From NCBI GenBank assembly GCA_963701075.1, contig OY969559.1:128001-192000 (forward strand): 64,000 bases of DNA, given 5' to 3'. Positions 10,173 through 19,790 of the stretch are shown here, one piece after another (position 1 is the stretch's first letter; every line of letters begins with the position of its first letter). The position numbers and the translations under genes were made by a program. Source of the stretch: an uncultured Nitrososphaerota archaeon. Its GTDB lineage: Archaea; Thermoproteota; Nitrososphaeria; Nitrososphaerales; Nitrosopumilaceae. A model generated the notes under the pieces. The model ran no database searches and had not been told where the DNA came from. It worked only from the letters and a program-made list of their open reading frames with translations.

Positions 10173-10366
10173 ATAGTTTCTTATAATCTCTGTTGAGTAT
10201 TTATGATTCTCTAACGAAGTTGTAATGAATCCTAAATGCTTCTACGGTTTTTGTTCAAACTCTTACAGGTCTACGCTATACACGTATTACACGTCTTGCT
10301 TTCTGCCTTCGAAATTTTCAAATATTGTCTTTTCTCTGGACAAAGTTGCAAAAGTCTTGACCTGAT

Positions 10367-11467
10367 TTAACAAAGAACAAACGTCGAGCCTTCTAGTAGT
10401 TGTGTGTCTATGTTAGATTGAAATTCTTTTATCATGATACCGTTTGCAGTTGCCGTCATCAGTCCTATTGAAGGATTGTATTGGTTTGTTAGCAATGCAC
10501 TTCCACCAAGACCAGAAAATTCTGTTTTTGGGTACATTGCAATAGACCCTCCTGTATCAGAGGCAAGGCTTGAAAGAAATGCGGTTTCCTGGCTGCCAAA
10601 ACTACACATGGGTTGAGGAACAAACAATATCTCTGATGCTCCGGGCCACAACCCTATCTTGGTTACATTATTCTGCGGAGATACTGCAAAGATATTTCCT
10701 GTACCTGGGTCAGGTACTAGGATATCTCCCCCATAGGTACCAAAGCTTGACGGTGCCACTACCGCACTACCAATTCTATCATGACCACTTTCTCTTATTG
10801 GAATTTCAGCTACTTGCGACGATTTACCATTGGAATTTATTTTCCATACCTGATCTCCTCCTGTAACAATCATATCATATCCAAAGGAACCTGTCCTGTC
10901 AAATGTAATGTATACGTCTGGACCAAGCGGCGGCAGGTTGGTTTCAAACAAGCTTGTCTTGCCGTCAAAACCTATCTTCCAGATGTCAACTTGGCCCCAC
11001 GTACCCTGTGCCAGATAGATATATCCTGTTGGAAATCCGCCAAGACCAGACGAGATGGCAAGATGATCCGTCTGCTGACATCCAAACGGTGCAGGCAAAG
11101 AAGCAATTATTGTCTGCGTGCCGGAATTATCAATTGATAAAATTTCGCTTTGAAAATCATACGAGCTGCAATCATATGCAGTAAATCCTGGACATACTGA
11201 TGCACCTGTCATATCAAAACCGTACTCGTAATCTCCTTGAAGTGCACATGTTCTATGAATGACAAACACATGATTACTATCTGCTGCCACATCGATTGGC
11301 TGATAGACGGAAATTAATGAGATTGCGTTCAAGCCTGATGGCTCGGCTGATACTGATTGACTAAAAAACAAGAAAAACATCATAGACGTTACTGCATATG
11401 CTAGAAAATTTTTTCTGAAAGAAGAGTTGAGTTTATTTGTCAATCTAGTGATAATAACGTGTTTCAT
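10367..11467 (-). CDS. Secreted probable beta-propeller protein
   Basis: Signal peptide and repeated blade-like strands (IWKIGFDG, VWKINSNG, IFAVSPQN). Confidence 0.6.
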   Translation of the reverse strand: MKHVIITRLTNKLNSSFRKNFLAYAVTSMMFFLFFSQSVSAEPSGLNAISLISVYQPIDVAADSNHVFVIHRTCALQGDYEYGFDMTGASVCPGFTAYDCSSYDFQSEILSIDNSGTQTIIASLPAPFGCQQTDHLAISSGLGGFPTGYIYLAQGTWGQVDIWKIGFDGKTSLFETNLPPLGPDVYITFDRTGSFGYDMIVTGGDQVWKINSNGKSSQVAEIPIRESGHDRIGSAVVAPSSFGTYGGDILVPDPGTGNIFAVSPQNNVTKIGLWPGASEILFVPQPMCSFGSQETAFLSSLASDTGGSIAMYPKTEFSGLGGSALLTNQYNPSIGLMTATANGIMIKEFQSNIDTQLLEGSTFVLC

Positions 11468-11520
11468 TAGTAAAAGGGTTTCAGTAGTAAGTTCTTTTAT
11501 AAGTTAGAAAAAAGAATTGT

Positions 11521-12120
11521 ATGGCAATGCCCAAGATAGTGTTCCTTGCAGCTTTATGCATTACCACTACAGGATTATTTGCATTGTCTGAAAATTTTCT
11601 GATATCAAATATGGTACTTCCTGATGCATATGGGGTAGGATCTCACTCAAGGGGTTTTGCCTCACTTATAGGAGTTGATATTGGGCACTGCACCGATTCT
11701 CTTCCATGCAATGTTCATGTATGTGCAGATCACGTGTGCAGTACTGAGGAATGGGAGAAGATGAACCAGCAGATCACCAATCTCCAGTCAAAAAAAATAG
11801 GAAACCTAACCTCGTCTGCAGCGGGAATAATGAATACTGTTGACACCTTTAACATTGGCAGCAACACCTTCACGTCCTTTGTGCAAGTATCATACATTGG
11901 AAACCTTACGGCAAATTACATCGATATATCTCAACTAAACAATGACACCACAATACACAATGCATGGATATCAAGCAACTGGAATGCAGATATAACACAG
12001 ACAGGCGTTGCATTTCATTCTACCAACTCACATATTTCTAATGGCAAGACAATTGATATTACAATGGTGACACAGGGCAAGCCAATTTTCAGGCTTGACG
12101 ACATATCCTTACAAAACTAG
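11521..12120 (+). CDS. Secreted protein with Cys/His motif (CTDSLPCNVHVCADHVC)
   Basis: Signal peptide. The motif is shared with the protein at 33002-33589. Confidence 0.65.
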   Translation: MAMPKIVFLAALCITTTGLFALSENFLISNMVLPDAYGVGSHSRGFASLIGVDIGHCTDSLPCNVHVCADHVCSTEEWEKMNQQITNLQSKKIGNLTSSAAGIMNTVDTFNIGSNTFTSFVQVSYIGNLTANYIDISQLNNDTTIHNAWISSNWNADITQTGVAFHSTNSHISNGKTIDITMVTQGKPIFRLDDISLQN

Positions 12121-12158
12121 ATTCTGTATAATTTACTCTCAAATAATTTTAGAAAATT

Positions 12159-12938
12159 TTATGTTACGACTATCTGAAATGATTGTTCAGGTGACAGAGG
12201 AACTGCATCACGGATTGCATTCCAGACAAATACTTGGATTGTATATGTATCTGCCTTGTCTGGCTGCCATGATTGTGAGGCATTAACTGATTGCATGGCA
12301 GTTAAAATTCCTGTAATCCATGAGAGTGATACCACAATGTCGTCTTTGTCCTTTACCTGTACAAGATAGACAAATGGTTGTGTATCCTGTGTGTTTTGAA
12401 GTTTTGTTGTTATCTGAACCTGTTGTCCGGTCTTTACTGAAGAGATAAGATTGCCATCCGAGTCAGTAATTTGTGGACTGGATGTTTGTATAGACATGAT
12501 GTTAGTTGTAGGCAAGATTAATGCCTTGGCTGTAAAGATCAGTTGCTGCGTTGAAAGATATGGGGGCGGCAGTGTTCTATCAATGTATTCTGCTGTAACC
12601 GTATCTCCCACTGAAACATGAAGTCTATTTCCAGAAGATGAATAATTGGTTGAAAAATAGACATTTCCTGTAAATACGCCTGAGTTTGGCGCAGTTTCTA
12701 CCATTTGAAGTCTTATGCCGCTTTGGTCCGAATCAGACCAGACGCTTGTCTCAAAAGTAGATATCGTCATAGGGTTGAGGCTCAGGTCCCTGTCCACAAT
12801 CTCCACCACACCAGTAGAGTTTGGAGGATAGGTTGATTGCTGCCAATTTATTATCTGATTTTGAGCAGTTACTGTGGAAAATGCTGTCGGCATCAGAATC
12901 AGAAAGAGCAAGCCACTTAGCGATATGATTTTCTGCAA
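12159..12938 (-). CDS. Short S-layer protein paralogue (C-terminal ~230 aa of SlaA with its own signal peptide)
   Basis: Colinear with the C-terminus of 22622-28409: VWSDSD, SSGNRLHVS.GDTVT.EY.D.TLPPPY, VSLSWITG.L, F.VW. Confidence 0.9.
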   Translation of the reverse strand: MQKIISLSGLLFLILMPTAFSTVTAQNQIINWQQSTYPPNSTGVVEIVDRDLSLNPMTISTFETSVWSDSDQSGIRLQMVETAPNSGVFTGNVYFSTNYSSSGNRLHVSVGDTVTAEYIDRTLPPPYLSTQQLIFTAKALILPTTNIMSIQTSSPQITDSDGNLISSVKTGQQVQITTKLQNTQDTQPFVYLVQVKDKDDIVVSLSWITGILTAMQSVNASQSWQPDKADTYTIQVFVWNAIRDAVPLSPEQSFQIVVT

Positions 12939-12994
12939 GCGCTAATGAGTATGTGTAATTGTTTTAATTGGTTTCTTTTTGCCCATGACCAAGC

Positions 12995-13056
12995 TTAGGA
13001 ATTTTAAAATCAGCGGGTCTAGTGGGATTCGCAACCATAGTTCATTTCAGGTTCCG
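12995..13056. repeat. att-like junction repeat A (tRNA-Lys 3' fragment + conserved 21-bp arm)
   Basis: AGCGGGTCTAGTGGGATT (13012-13029) is identical to 15585-15602. CATAGTTCATTTCAGGTTCCG (13036-13056) is identical to 13649-13669. Confidence 0.9.
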
Positions 13057-13143
13057 CCCAGACATTGCCTGCAAGAGCCTTTGTACGAGTGCGCATAATG
13101 ATTCCAAGAATACCAATAATAAGAAGTTAGTAGTAGTTAATAC

Positions 13144-13296
13144 ATGCAGTCCTCTACAAAAAAGTCAAAAGAGATGCCAGAACTATCTCCTGAGACTGAA
13201 GAGAAGGTCAAAATGATCGAATCTGGCAAAGTTACTGGTAAGAAGTATACGCCAGATGAATACATAAAACATATTGAGAAAGTCTTAGAAGATTAA
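13144..13296 (+). CDS. Putative antitoxin (50 aa)
   Basis: Manual translation MQSSTKKSKEMPELSPETEEKVKMIESGKVTGKKYTPDEYIKHIEKVLED, ending 3 bp before a RelE-like gene. Confidence 0.65.
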   Translation: MQSSTKKSKEMPELSPETEEKVKMIESGKVTGKKYTPDEYIKHIEKVLED

Positions 13297-13299
13297 TCC

Positions 13300-13587
13300 T
13301 TGTGGTTTGTTCAACCTGTTGATGATACAATAGATAAGAAACTAAAGAAGTTCAAAAGTAATCAACAACTAGTCAAGAATTACAAAATGTTTATTGTAGA
13401 ATTAAAGACTGCTGACGACCCAAGATTGTTGGGAGAACTTAAGCATGGTAGACTTCAAAATTGTTTTGGCAAACACCTTACCAAATCTCATAGTTTGATA
13501 TATTATGTGGATGTCCAAAAAAGAACCGTCTTTCTAATTGACTTAGATGACCACAAGAATCTTTATGGTAGAGATAACAGAAGTTAG
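13300..13587 (+). CDS. RelE/ParE-superfamily toxin
   Basis: 95 aa, basic, with DPRLLGELKHGRL...SLIYYVD...LIDLDDHKNLY. Confidence 0.7.
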   Translation: MWFVQPVDDTIDKKLKKFKSNQQLVKNYKMFIVELKTADDPRLLGELKHGRLQNCFGKHLTKSHSLIYYVDVQKRTVFLIDLDDHKNLYGRDNRS

Positions 13588-13605
13588 TCTCAGTTACGGC
13601 TGGAA

Positions 13606-13669
13606 TTAAGAATTTTAGAGGCAGCAGGTCTAGTTGGATTTGCTACCACATAGTTCATTTCAGGTTCCG
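13606..13669. repeat. att-like junction repeat B
   Basis: AGCAGGTCTAGTTGGATTTG (2 mismatches to the tRNA-Lys 3' end) followed by the same 21-bp arm as repeat A. Confidence 0.85.
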
Positions 13670-13752
13670 TTTGGTGTCTCATTACTTCAAAAACCTAGAA
13701 GTGCGTGGAGGTTTATAGCATGAACAAGGAATTGTTAACGCATGCACTAGAA

Positions 13753-15465
13753 CTAATTTTTTTCTAGTCTTAATGCAGTGATAAATGATGAACCGTCAGC
13801 TAGAGAAAAATTAATTGTTTTAACTTGCATCTTGTATACGAGTGCAGTGTTTTCAATCGTATAGACTACGGAACAAACTGGATCTTTTTTGGTTTGTTCA
13901 ATTGAAAGTAGAGAACAATCAGGCGGTGTTGGATAGGCATAGATTAGGAAAAGATAGTCATTATCTCTCAAATCTAAAGAGCCTATTTTTTGCATAGGAT
14001 CGTGGAATTTTCCTAATTCTTCCATCTGCGGTAATGTCCATTGTAATGTAATTGGAATAACATTGCCGTTAGTATAGAAAGGAATAACCTTAGCGGTAAA
14101 AAAATCAACGGAGACGATTTTTAAATGATTTTGGTTTGCATAATCATAAATTTTTTCATATACCTTCGAGGTATCAGCAGTAGAAGAATGATCTAGAGTG
14201 TTAAATCCGCTAGCCAGAAGCGGTAGCTGTGTCAACCCAACTATTACAATAGATGAAATAAGTAAATAATTAATTTTTCTCGAAGACAATAGCAATCTTG
14301 CTTTCCCCATATTGTTAGAAATGATATCAAAGCCTTTACCAATAGATAGAAACATGAATGGTAAAATTACGCTCATTTGAATTGGTAAAAATTCAGATAC
14401 TGTAAATGAACTCGATATGAAAATTCCGCTGATTATTAAAAAAATAGATGCAATTCTTCTTGATTCTTTTTTTCTTTTTACCACATACCATATGGAAACA
14501 ATTGTGGTCAATAAGAAAATGGCTGGGAAAACATAACTTGTAACATTCCATGAATGGTTAGAGTTTGCAAATAAAAATGCAACTTGTGGATGAGCTAGAA
14601 AATCATATACATCGTGAATGCGCATACTCATATTAGATATAAAATCAGTGTTAGACGCATGGAGATATGCTGAATTATCTCCCGAAACTGTTTTTGTTAG
14701 AAATGGAATTAGTGAATGAACTGAGCTAATGAAATACCCTACCAGCACATGACTGAACCCAAGGACAAGAGCTGTGCTTGACACAGCAATAATCTTATAT
14801 TTACTTTGGCTGGAGGCTGTAAATCTGTTCTTGAATTTGTTTATCCATAATGGTATAGTAAACATAAACCCAATGATTATCCAGACAAACCAGAGATATT
14901 CGTAAACACCAATTCCGATAAGTAATAATGCAACAAACAGATAGCGATGTTTAAGTGTCCTGAGATATCGTATACCAAATATTAAAACAAGCAACGCTAT
15001 GCAAAGATCTGACCAATCATACAATGCTGACTGCCTAGAATAAAAAACAAATGACGGTAGAATAGAAAGTAGAGATGCAGAGATCATACCTACTTTCTTA
15101 CAAAATATTTCTTTACCTGTAAAATACGTTAAAAATAATACTGAAATGGCCATAACCATTTCGTATATTCTTATTGCAGTAACGCTTATACCAAAAAAAT
15201 ACAAAAAAGGAGTTGAAAGATAGCTTGCTATGCCATTTCCGTTATACTGTTGCCATGCTAAAGGATATGGTCCTATATGTGCTCCCCACTGACGTGAATA
15301 ATGATACAGATCTGAATTGTCAGAAGAAATTAATGATAAAGACATTATAGATGGCGAAGTTTCGTCTGCCCAAAGTGGCGGCAAACCAAAATCATAGAAA
15401 TGGAATCCAGATGTCACAAGTGCAATGGATAAAAGAAAGTACAATTCAGAGTTTTTGAGAAACAT
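13753..15465 (-). CDS. ArnT/PMT-like (GT-C) multi-pass membrane glycosyltransferase
   Basis: PPLWADE after TM1, FFGIS..AIR, P.FVFYSRQ, many TMs. Visibly AT-rich. Confidence 0.8.
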   Translation of the reverse strand: MFLKNSELYFLLSIALVTSGFHFYDFGLPPLWADETSPSIMSLSLISSDNSDLYHYSRQWGAHIGPYPLAWQQYNGNGIASYLSTPFLYFFGISVTAIRIYEMVMAISVLFLTYFTGKEIFCKKVGMISASLLSILPSFVFYSRQSALYDWSDLCIALLVLIFGIRYLRTLKHRYLFVALLLIGIGVYEYLWFVWIIIGFMFTIPLWINKFKNRFTASSQSKYKIIAVSSTALVLGFSHVLVGYFISSVHSLIPFLTKTVSGDNSAYLHASNTDFISNMSMRIHDVYDFLAHPQVAFLFANSNHSWNVTSYVFPAIFLLTTIVSIWYVVKRKKESRRIASIFLIISGIFISSSFTVSEFLPIQMSVILPFMFLSIGKGFDIISNNMGKARLLLSSRKINYLLISSIVIVGLTQLPLLASGFNTLDHSSTADTSKVYEKIYDYANQNHLKIVSVDFFTAKVIPFYTNGNVIPITLQWTLPQMEELGKFHDPMQKIGSLDLRDNDYLFLIYAYPTPPDCSLLSIEQTKKDPVCSVVYTIENTALVYKMQVKTINFSLADGSSFITALRLEKN

Positions 15466-15586
15466 ATCCTTAACTTATAAAAGATGCTTCTAAATAAACA
15501 CGCATTCCCAAGTGAGAATGGGTTTGTCAAAATTTAAAATCTTGATTACAATTTTTCATTTCATATTGAAATCTAATTCATAAAAG

Positions 15587-15676
15587 CGGGTCTAGTGGGA
15601 TTTGAACCCACGACATAGGGATGTCTCCGAAAAGATCATAAGAGTCCCTCGCTCTACCTGGCTGAGCCATAGACCC
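15587..15676 (-). tRNA. tRNA-Lys(CTT) with 16-nt intron at 37/38
   Basis: GGGTCTATGGCTCAGCCAGGTAGAGCGAGGGA-CTCTTA[TGATCTTTTCGGAGAC]A-TCCCT...GTGGGTTCAAATCCCACTAGACCCG. Confidence 0.92.
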
Positions 15677-15730
15677 GCAAAATAGCAAACGCTAAATTCG
15701 TTATTTAAACTTGCCAAAAATAAGATGAAT

Positions 15731-16328
15731 TTAGTTTTTGACTGTCTCGATTTGAGAATATTTTTCCAGTATTTTTGTCAATACTGTAGAAACTGGAACA
15801 TTGTTCATCTTCTCTTTTTCTTCCAAGAGTTTTCGGTATGCATCAAGTGTGATGTATACTGGAATTGAACCATTGCCTTCCAATAGTCCACGAACTCTGT
15901 ACAGCGCAGTCTCCATTCCCTTCTCGGCAACTTTTGCAAACTTGACCTTGTTGAGAATTCCACCCAGAGGACCAAATGGCATTTCATAGTTTACTGTCAT
16001 GGTAACGCGGGTTGATTTCTCACCCAGTTCCTTGAACTCTACTGAAATATTCCATGCTTTGAATGGTCCTTTGATCATTTTCAGCTGCAATCTTTTGTTC
16101 TGGTATAAACTCAGTTGTTTCACAGTCCCACTCTAGTCTCTTGCCATCAAAGTCACCTATCACTCTAAAGGTTGTACCTACACCCATTCCTGCCTTTACA
16201 TCCATAGGAACTACGGTCATTCCTACTCGCTCTTCGAACTGGTCAGAAATGTGCTCTGGTCTTGCAAAGTATGTAAAAACATTCAAGGTCTTCTCTTTGA
16301 TGTCAATTGATTTACTGACAGATGTCAT
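15731..16328 (-). CDS. SRPBCC/START-domain (polyketide cyclase-like) protein, split by +1 indel at ~16085
   Basis: MTSVSKSIDIK...EFIPEQKIA / KMIKGPFKAW...YEMPFGPLG. Removing one base at AGCT 16083-16086 gives 199 codons. Confidence 0.8.
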
Positions 16329-16459
16329 ATACAGTGGGCAATCTTTTTCAACTTGATTTAAAGCTTTTGCTAATTTCCAGCGATCGTAAGACTTGGAGGG
16401 AATAGTTGAAGCATTCTCAGCTGTTCTGATTTGCGTCTTATGGTGTTGATCTAACAATA

Positions 16460-17744
16460 GGTTCTGTCAAGTTTATTGCTCATGAACTATCAAATAGATC
16501 GCAGTTATTGCAAAATAACCTCCTGATTTATTATATCGTATCAGCAGAATCTCCACACACTTGTTAGCTACCAAATCCATCAAACAATCATACCAACAAA
16601 ACAATGATCTTGACAGCATGATGGAAACATTTCGACAGATGGTAAACTATTGTATAAGATTGGGTCTTGAAAGCAATATTTCCACTCTAAAGAAATTCTC
16701 ATCACTTCATTACAAAGATCTAGAAAAATACAACATTCAATCAAAATACAAGCTTACTGCCATGTCTCAAGCTTGTGGAAGACTTGCGCAAATGAAAAAA
16801 GACATTAAGAAAGGCAAAACTCCAAAGTACCCATACGTACAGAAATCGTTCCTAGTCTCATGTTATGGCTTCAAGATAAACGGTCAATTACTTTCAATCC
16901 CAGTAGGAGATAGAAGACACATCCACATTATACTGAACTATCATACACAAGCAATTCTCTCAGACAAATCACTCAAGGTCAAATCATTTGTAATCACACC
17001 AGATTCAATCAGCCTTTGTGTACAAAAGGAAGTTGAAGAGATTGAATGCAATAGCACCATTGGAATAGACAGGAATCTACGAAATGTCACAGTAGGAAAC
17101 CATGATAAAGTAACAATGTATGACATGTCAGATATACCAGAAATCACACATCGTGCAAAAAAGATTATCTCATCATTCAAAAGAAATGACCATAGAATAA
17201 GACAAAAAATCTACTCCAAGATTAGTAATAGAAGAGCAAGAAGAGTAAAACAATTCCTCAACAGAATCTCAAAAGACATTGTACAAAAAGCAAGAGAATC
17301 CAAATCCATAATAGTATTTGAAGATTTGAAAGGTATTCGTAAACTCTACAAAAAAGGAAATGGTCAAGGGAAAAAATATCGTGGAATTATGAATTCATGG
17401 TCATTCTACGAGTTACAGAGACAGATACAATACAAAGCAGACTGGAAAGGAATTCCAGTACGATTTGTATCACCAGTACGCACCAGCATACTGTGTCCAA
17501 TATGCGGGGATAGAACCCAAGAGGATAGAGCACAACATCGTCAAGTTTGGTGCAGCAGTTGTAAAAAATTAATGGATCGTGACATTGTCGCAGCCATGAA
17601 TATCTCTTACAAGGGGTTGCAAAAGTTCTGCAATCCTAGTGGGCTTTCAGAAAAAGCAATGAGGGGGAACTTGGATAACGCAATGCCAGTAATCCTCCGA
17701 GTCGATGGAAGCAAGTTATCTCAACAACCAGAGATGACAGAACT
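16460..17744 (+). mobile_element. Non-autonomous TnpB element 1 with imperfect terminal inverted repeats
   Basis: Left end AGGTTCTGTCAAGTTTATTGCTCATG is 23/26 identical to the left end of element 2. Right end TGACAGAAC at 17735-17743. Confidence 0.7.
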
Positions 17745-17766
17745 TATTAAAGAAAAAGACCAGTAA
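16561..17766 (+). CDS. tnpB: TnpB (Cas12f-like) RNA-guided nuclease
   Basis: RuvC-I GIDRN, RuvC-II VFEDL, zinc finger CPIC..CSSC, RuvC-III DRDIVAAMNI. Confidence 0.92.
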   Translation: MLATKSIKQSYQQNNDLDSMMETFRQMVNYCIRLGLESNISTLKKFSSLHYKDLEKYNIQSKYKLTAMSQACGRLAQMKKDIKKGKTPKYPYVQKSFLVSCYGFKINGQLLSIPVGDRRHIHIILNYHTQAILSDKSLKVKSFVITPDSISLCVQKEVEEIECNSTIGIDRNLRNVTVGNHDKVTMYDMSDIPEITHRAKKIISSFKRNDHRIRQKIYSKISNRRARRVKQFLNRISKDIVQKARESKSIIVFEDLKGIRKLYKKGNGQGKKYRGIMNSWSFYELQRQIQYKADWKGIPVRFVSPVRTSILCPICGDRTQEDRAQHRQVWCSSCKKLMDRDIVAAMNISYKGLQKFCNPSGLSEKAMRGNLDNAMPVILRVDGSKLSQQPEMTELIKEKDQ

Positions 17767-17772
17767 AAAGAG

Positions 17773-18336
17773 ATGGTTAACTTTCGATTTCTAGTTGCCA
17801 TGTTTGCTTTAGTGTTAGTTCTTTCTCCCATGATACAATATGCAAGTGCCCATGAGGATCTAAACTCTGGCGACGAGTCGATAGGAAATTATGAAGTGCA
17901 GGTAGCAACAGACCCTGAGATCCCATCTGCCAACCAGCCTTTCAAATTAAGTTTTAGAGTTCTAAATTACCAATCAGCCTCTAATCTGTTCAATTCATTT
18001 GACACTAGGCTAAGCGAGGTTGATCACTTTAGGATGGGAATTAGAATTTATTACAACAACGAGCTAGTATCAACAATTCCAGTACAAGACTTCAAGGGCG
18101 GGGAGTGGTCTACTAATTACGTGTTTCATGAATCTGGGAACCATGTCATGTTCGTTGATCTCTATGATGTTGGACCTGGCGGACAGCCCCTGACCTTTAT
18201 TTACAATATCAGTGTGCTTGACGTATTTGGCCCACTATTTGTGTATATCATCTCAGCAGGAGGCATGTCATGCTTTGTCTTACTTGGATGGGTAGTAGTT
18301 ACAAATAAAAGAAAAAAAGTAAAATCTAAGCACTAG
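17773..18336 (+). CDS. Secreted, membrane-anchored Ig-like protein adjacent to the cox operon
   Basis: Signal peptide ending ASA|H (N-terminal His), YVFHESGNH, C-terminal TM. Confidence 0.65.
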   Translation: MVNFRFLVAMFALVLVLSPMIQYASAHEDLNSGDESIGNYEVQVATDPEIPSANQPFKLSFRVLNYQSASNLFNSFDTRLSEVDHFRMGIRIYYNNELVSTIPVQDFKGGEWSTNYVFHESGNHVMFVDLYDVGPGGQPLTFIYNISVLDVFGPLFVYIISAGGMSCFVLLGWVVVTNKRKKVKSKH

Positions 18337-18772
18337 CCTTTATTGTGGCACCGCAAGGAAGTTTGAAGGCATAGATTGCAGTGAGCAGGGTCATTGCAAA
18401 AAGCAAGATGCCAATACCATTATGAATTGCAACTATTGTTGCCTTGAGTTGTGTGTTGATGACAATTGCACCAAGCACTATCTGCGATGCTGCAAAAACT
18501 GCTGCAAGCGTTCCAGTGATTCTAAGGTTCTTGTGAGAGCCTGCAACTTTCCAGCTTGCAACGGCAGTAACTATTATCATAACACCAGTCATTGCAGCAA
18601 TTAATCTATGAGTCCATTCTGTCAAGTATGCTGCAGAAGGTAAGAATCCGCTAGGGCATAGCGGCCATTGTGGACACGCAAGTCCCTGTCCACTTGACTC
18701 TAGATATCCACCAATGAACATTAGAGAATAAAGAATTACCAGCGAAGCAAGTGCGAGATATTTGAAGTACAT
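18326..18772 (-). CDS. ctaA: Heme A synthase, single-domain CtaA/COX15
   Basis: GLACPQWPLC, EWTHRL, AIHNG. Confidence 0.88.
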   Translation of the reverse strand: MYFKYLALASLVILYSLMFIGGYLESSGQGLACPQWPLCPSGFLPSAAYLTEWTHRLIAAMTGVMIIVTAVASWKVAGSHKNLRITGTLAAVFAASQIVLGAIVINTQLKATIVAIHNGIGILLFAMTLLTAIYAFKLPCGATIKASA

Positions 18773-19789
18773 TTATTTTTCTACGATAAAGTGTCCGTCC
18801 ATTCCAAGTGCTGCATGTCCTGGGACAGTACAGATGTAATGGTATAATCCTGGAGTGCCTGCAACAAATGTTACAGTACCGGTATCTCCTGGTTTCATTG
18901 GACTATCTGGAGTTTTGTACGCTGCATTCCAGACAACTCCGCTTGGATTGTTTGGATCTGTCACTATGCCAAATGCGTGAAACACCTTGCTTGGATTGCT
19001 CACGTTAATTGTAACTGTGTCACCAGAGTGTACTGTAATGTCTGGGTTTGTTCCTGTGCCTCCCGTTCCATTAAAGCCATATTTTGAAAAGTCAGAACTG
19101 ACCTCAAAAGCAAGTGAGAACGACTCTGTATTTCCATTTGCTGCTGCAGTGCCACCAGTTCCTGCAGGGATGCTACTGGCTCCGCTTCCTCCTCCCACAA
19201 TTATCTCTCCTTGCATGCCAAGTTCTCTGTGGCCTGGGACTGCGCAGATATAGTAGTAAGTTCCGGCAGATGCCGGAATAAATGTAACAGTGCCACTTTG
19301 TCCAGGCTTCATTGGGCTGTCAGCAGTTCCAATTGTAGTGCCGTCAATTGCAGGTCCTGGACCACTTGTTGATGCGGTAATTGCAAATGCATGAAATGAT
19401 TTACCACCGTTTGTTACAGAAAATACAATTTTATCTCCAATGCTTGCGTTAACAGTCGGATTAGCCCCTGGAGAACCTGTTGGCGCATCAAAGCCATACT
19501 TTGAGAAGTCAGGCGACTCTACAAATTTTAGTGAGACGTCAATCTCTTTTCCTGTAAATGTTCCTTGGGTAGATGATGGGCCGCTGCCGGAAGTTTGATT
19601 TGCAGCTTGTGCTTCCATTTGCTGTTCTTGAAGTTTACCTGCATTTGGCAAGTAAGAGTTCCAATAATCATAATGTGTGAAAAAGAGGGCGCCGCCTATT
19701 ACTTGGACACCGATAATAATTGCAAGCATCTTTCCAAGTCTTTTAGAGGAGGTCCTATTGATTGGAGTTTCGTGTTCGTTATGGCTCAT
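18773..19789 (-). CDS. Membrane-anchored blue-copper protein with two type-1 cupredoxin domains
   Basis: FHAF...YYYICAVPGHRELGM and FHAF...YHYICTVPGHAALGM. Confidence 0.9.
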   Translation of the reverse strand: MSHNEHETPINRTSSKRLGKMLAIIIGVQVIGGALFFTHYDYWNSYLPNAGKLQEQQMEAQAANQTSGSGPSSTQGTFTGKEIDVSLKFVESPDFSKYGFDAPTGSPGANPTVNASIGDKIVFSVTNGGKSFHAFAITASTSGPGPAIDGTTIGTADSPMKPGQSGTVTFIPASAGTYYYICAVPGHRELGMQGEIIVGGGSGASSIPAGTGGTAAANGNTESFSLAFEVSSDFSKYGFNGTGGTGTNPDITVHSGDTVTINVSNPSKVFHAFGIVTDPNNPSGVVWNAAYKTPDSPMKPGDTGTVTFVAGTPGLYHYICTVPGHAALGMDGHFIVEK

Positions 19790-19790
19790 A

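Noticed and set aside
9338-10272. Further tRNA-Lys att copies (GCAGGTCT, CAGGTCTA)
   Set aside because: Only 8-bp matches, without the conserved 21-bp arm.
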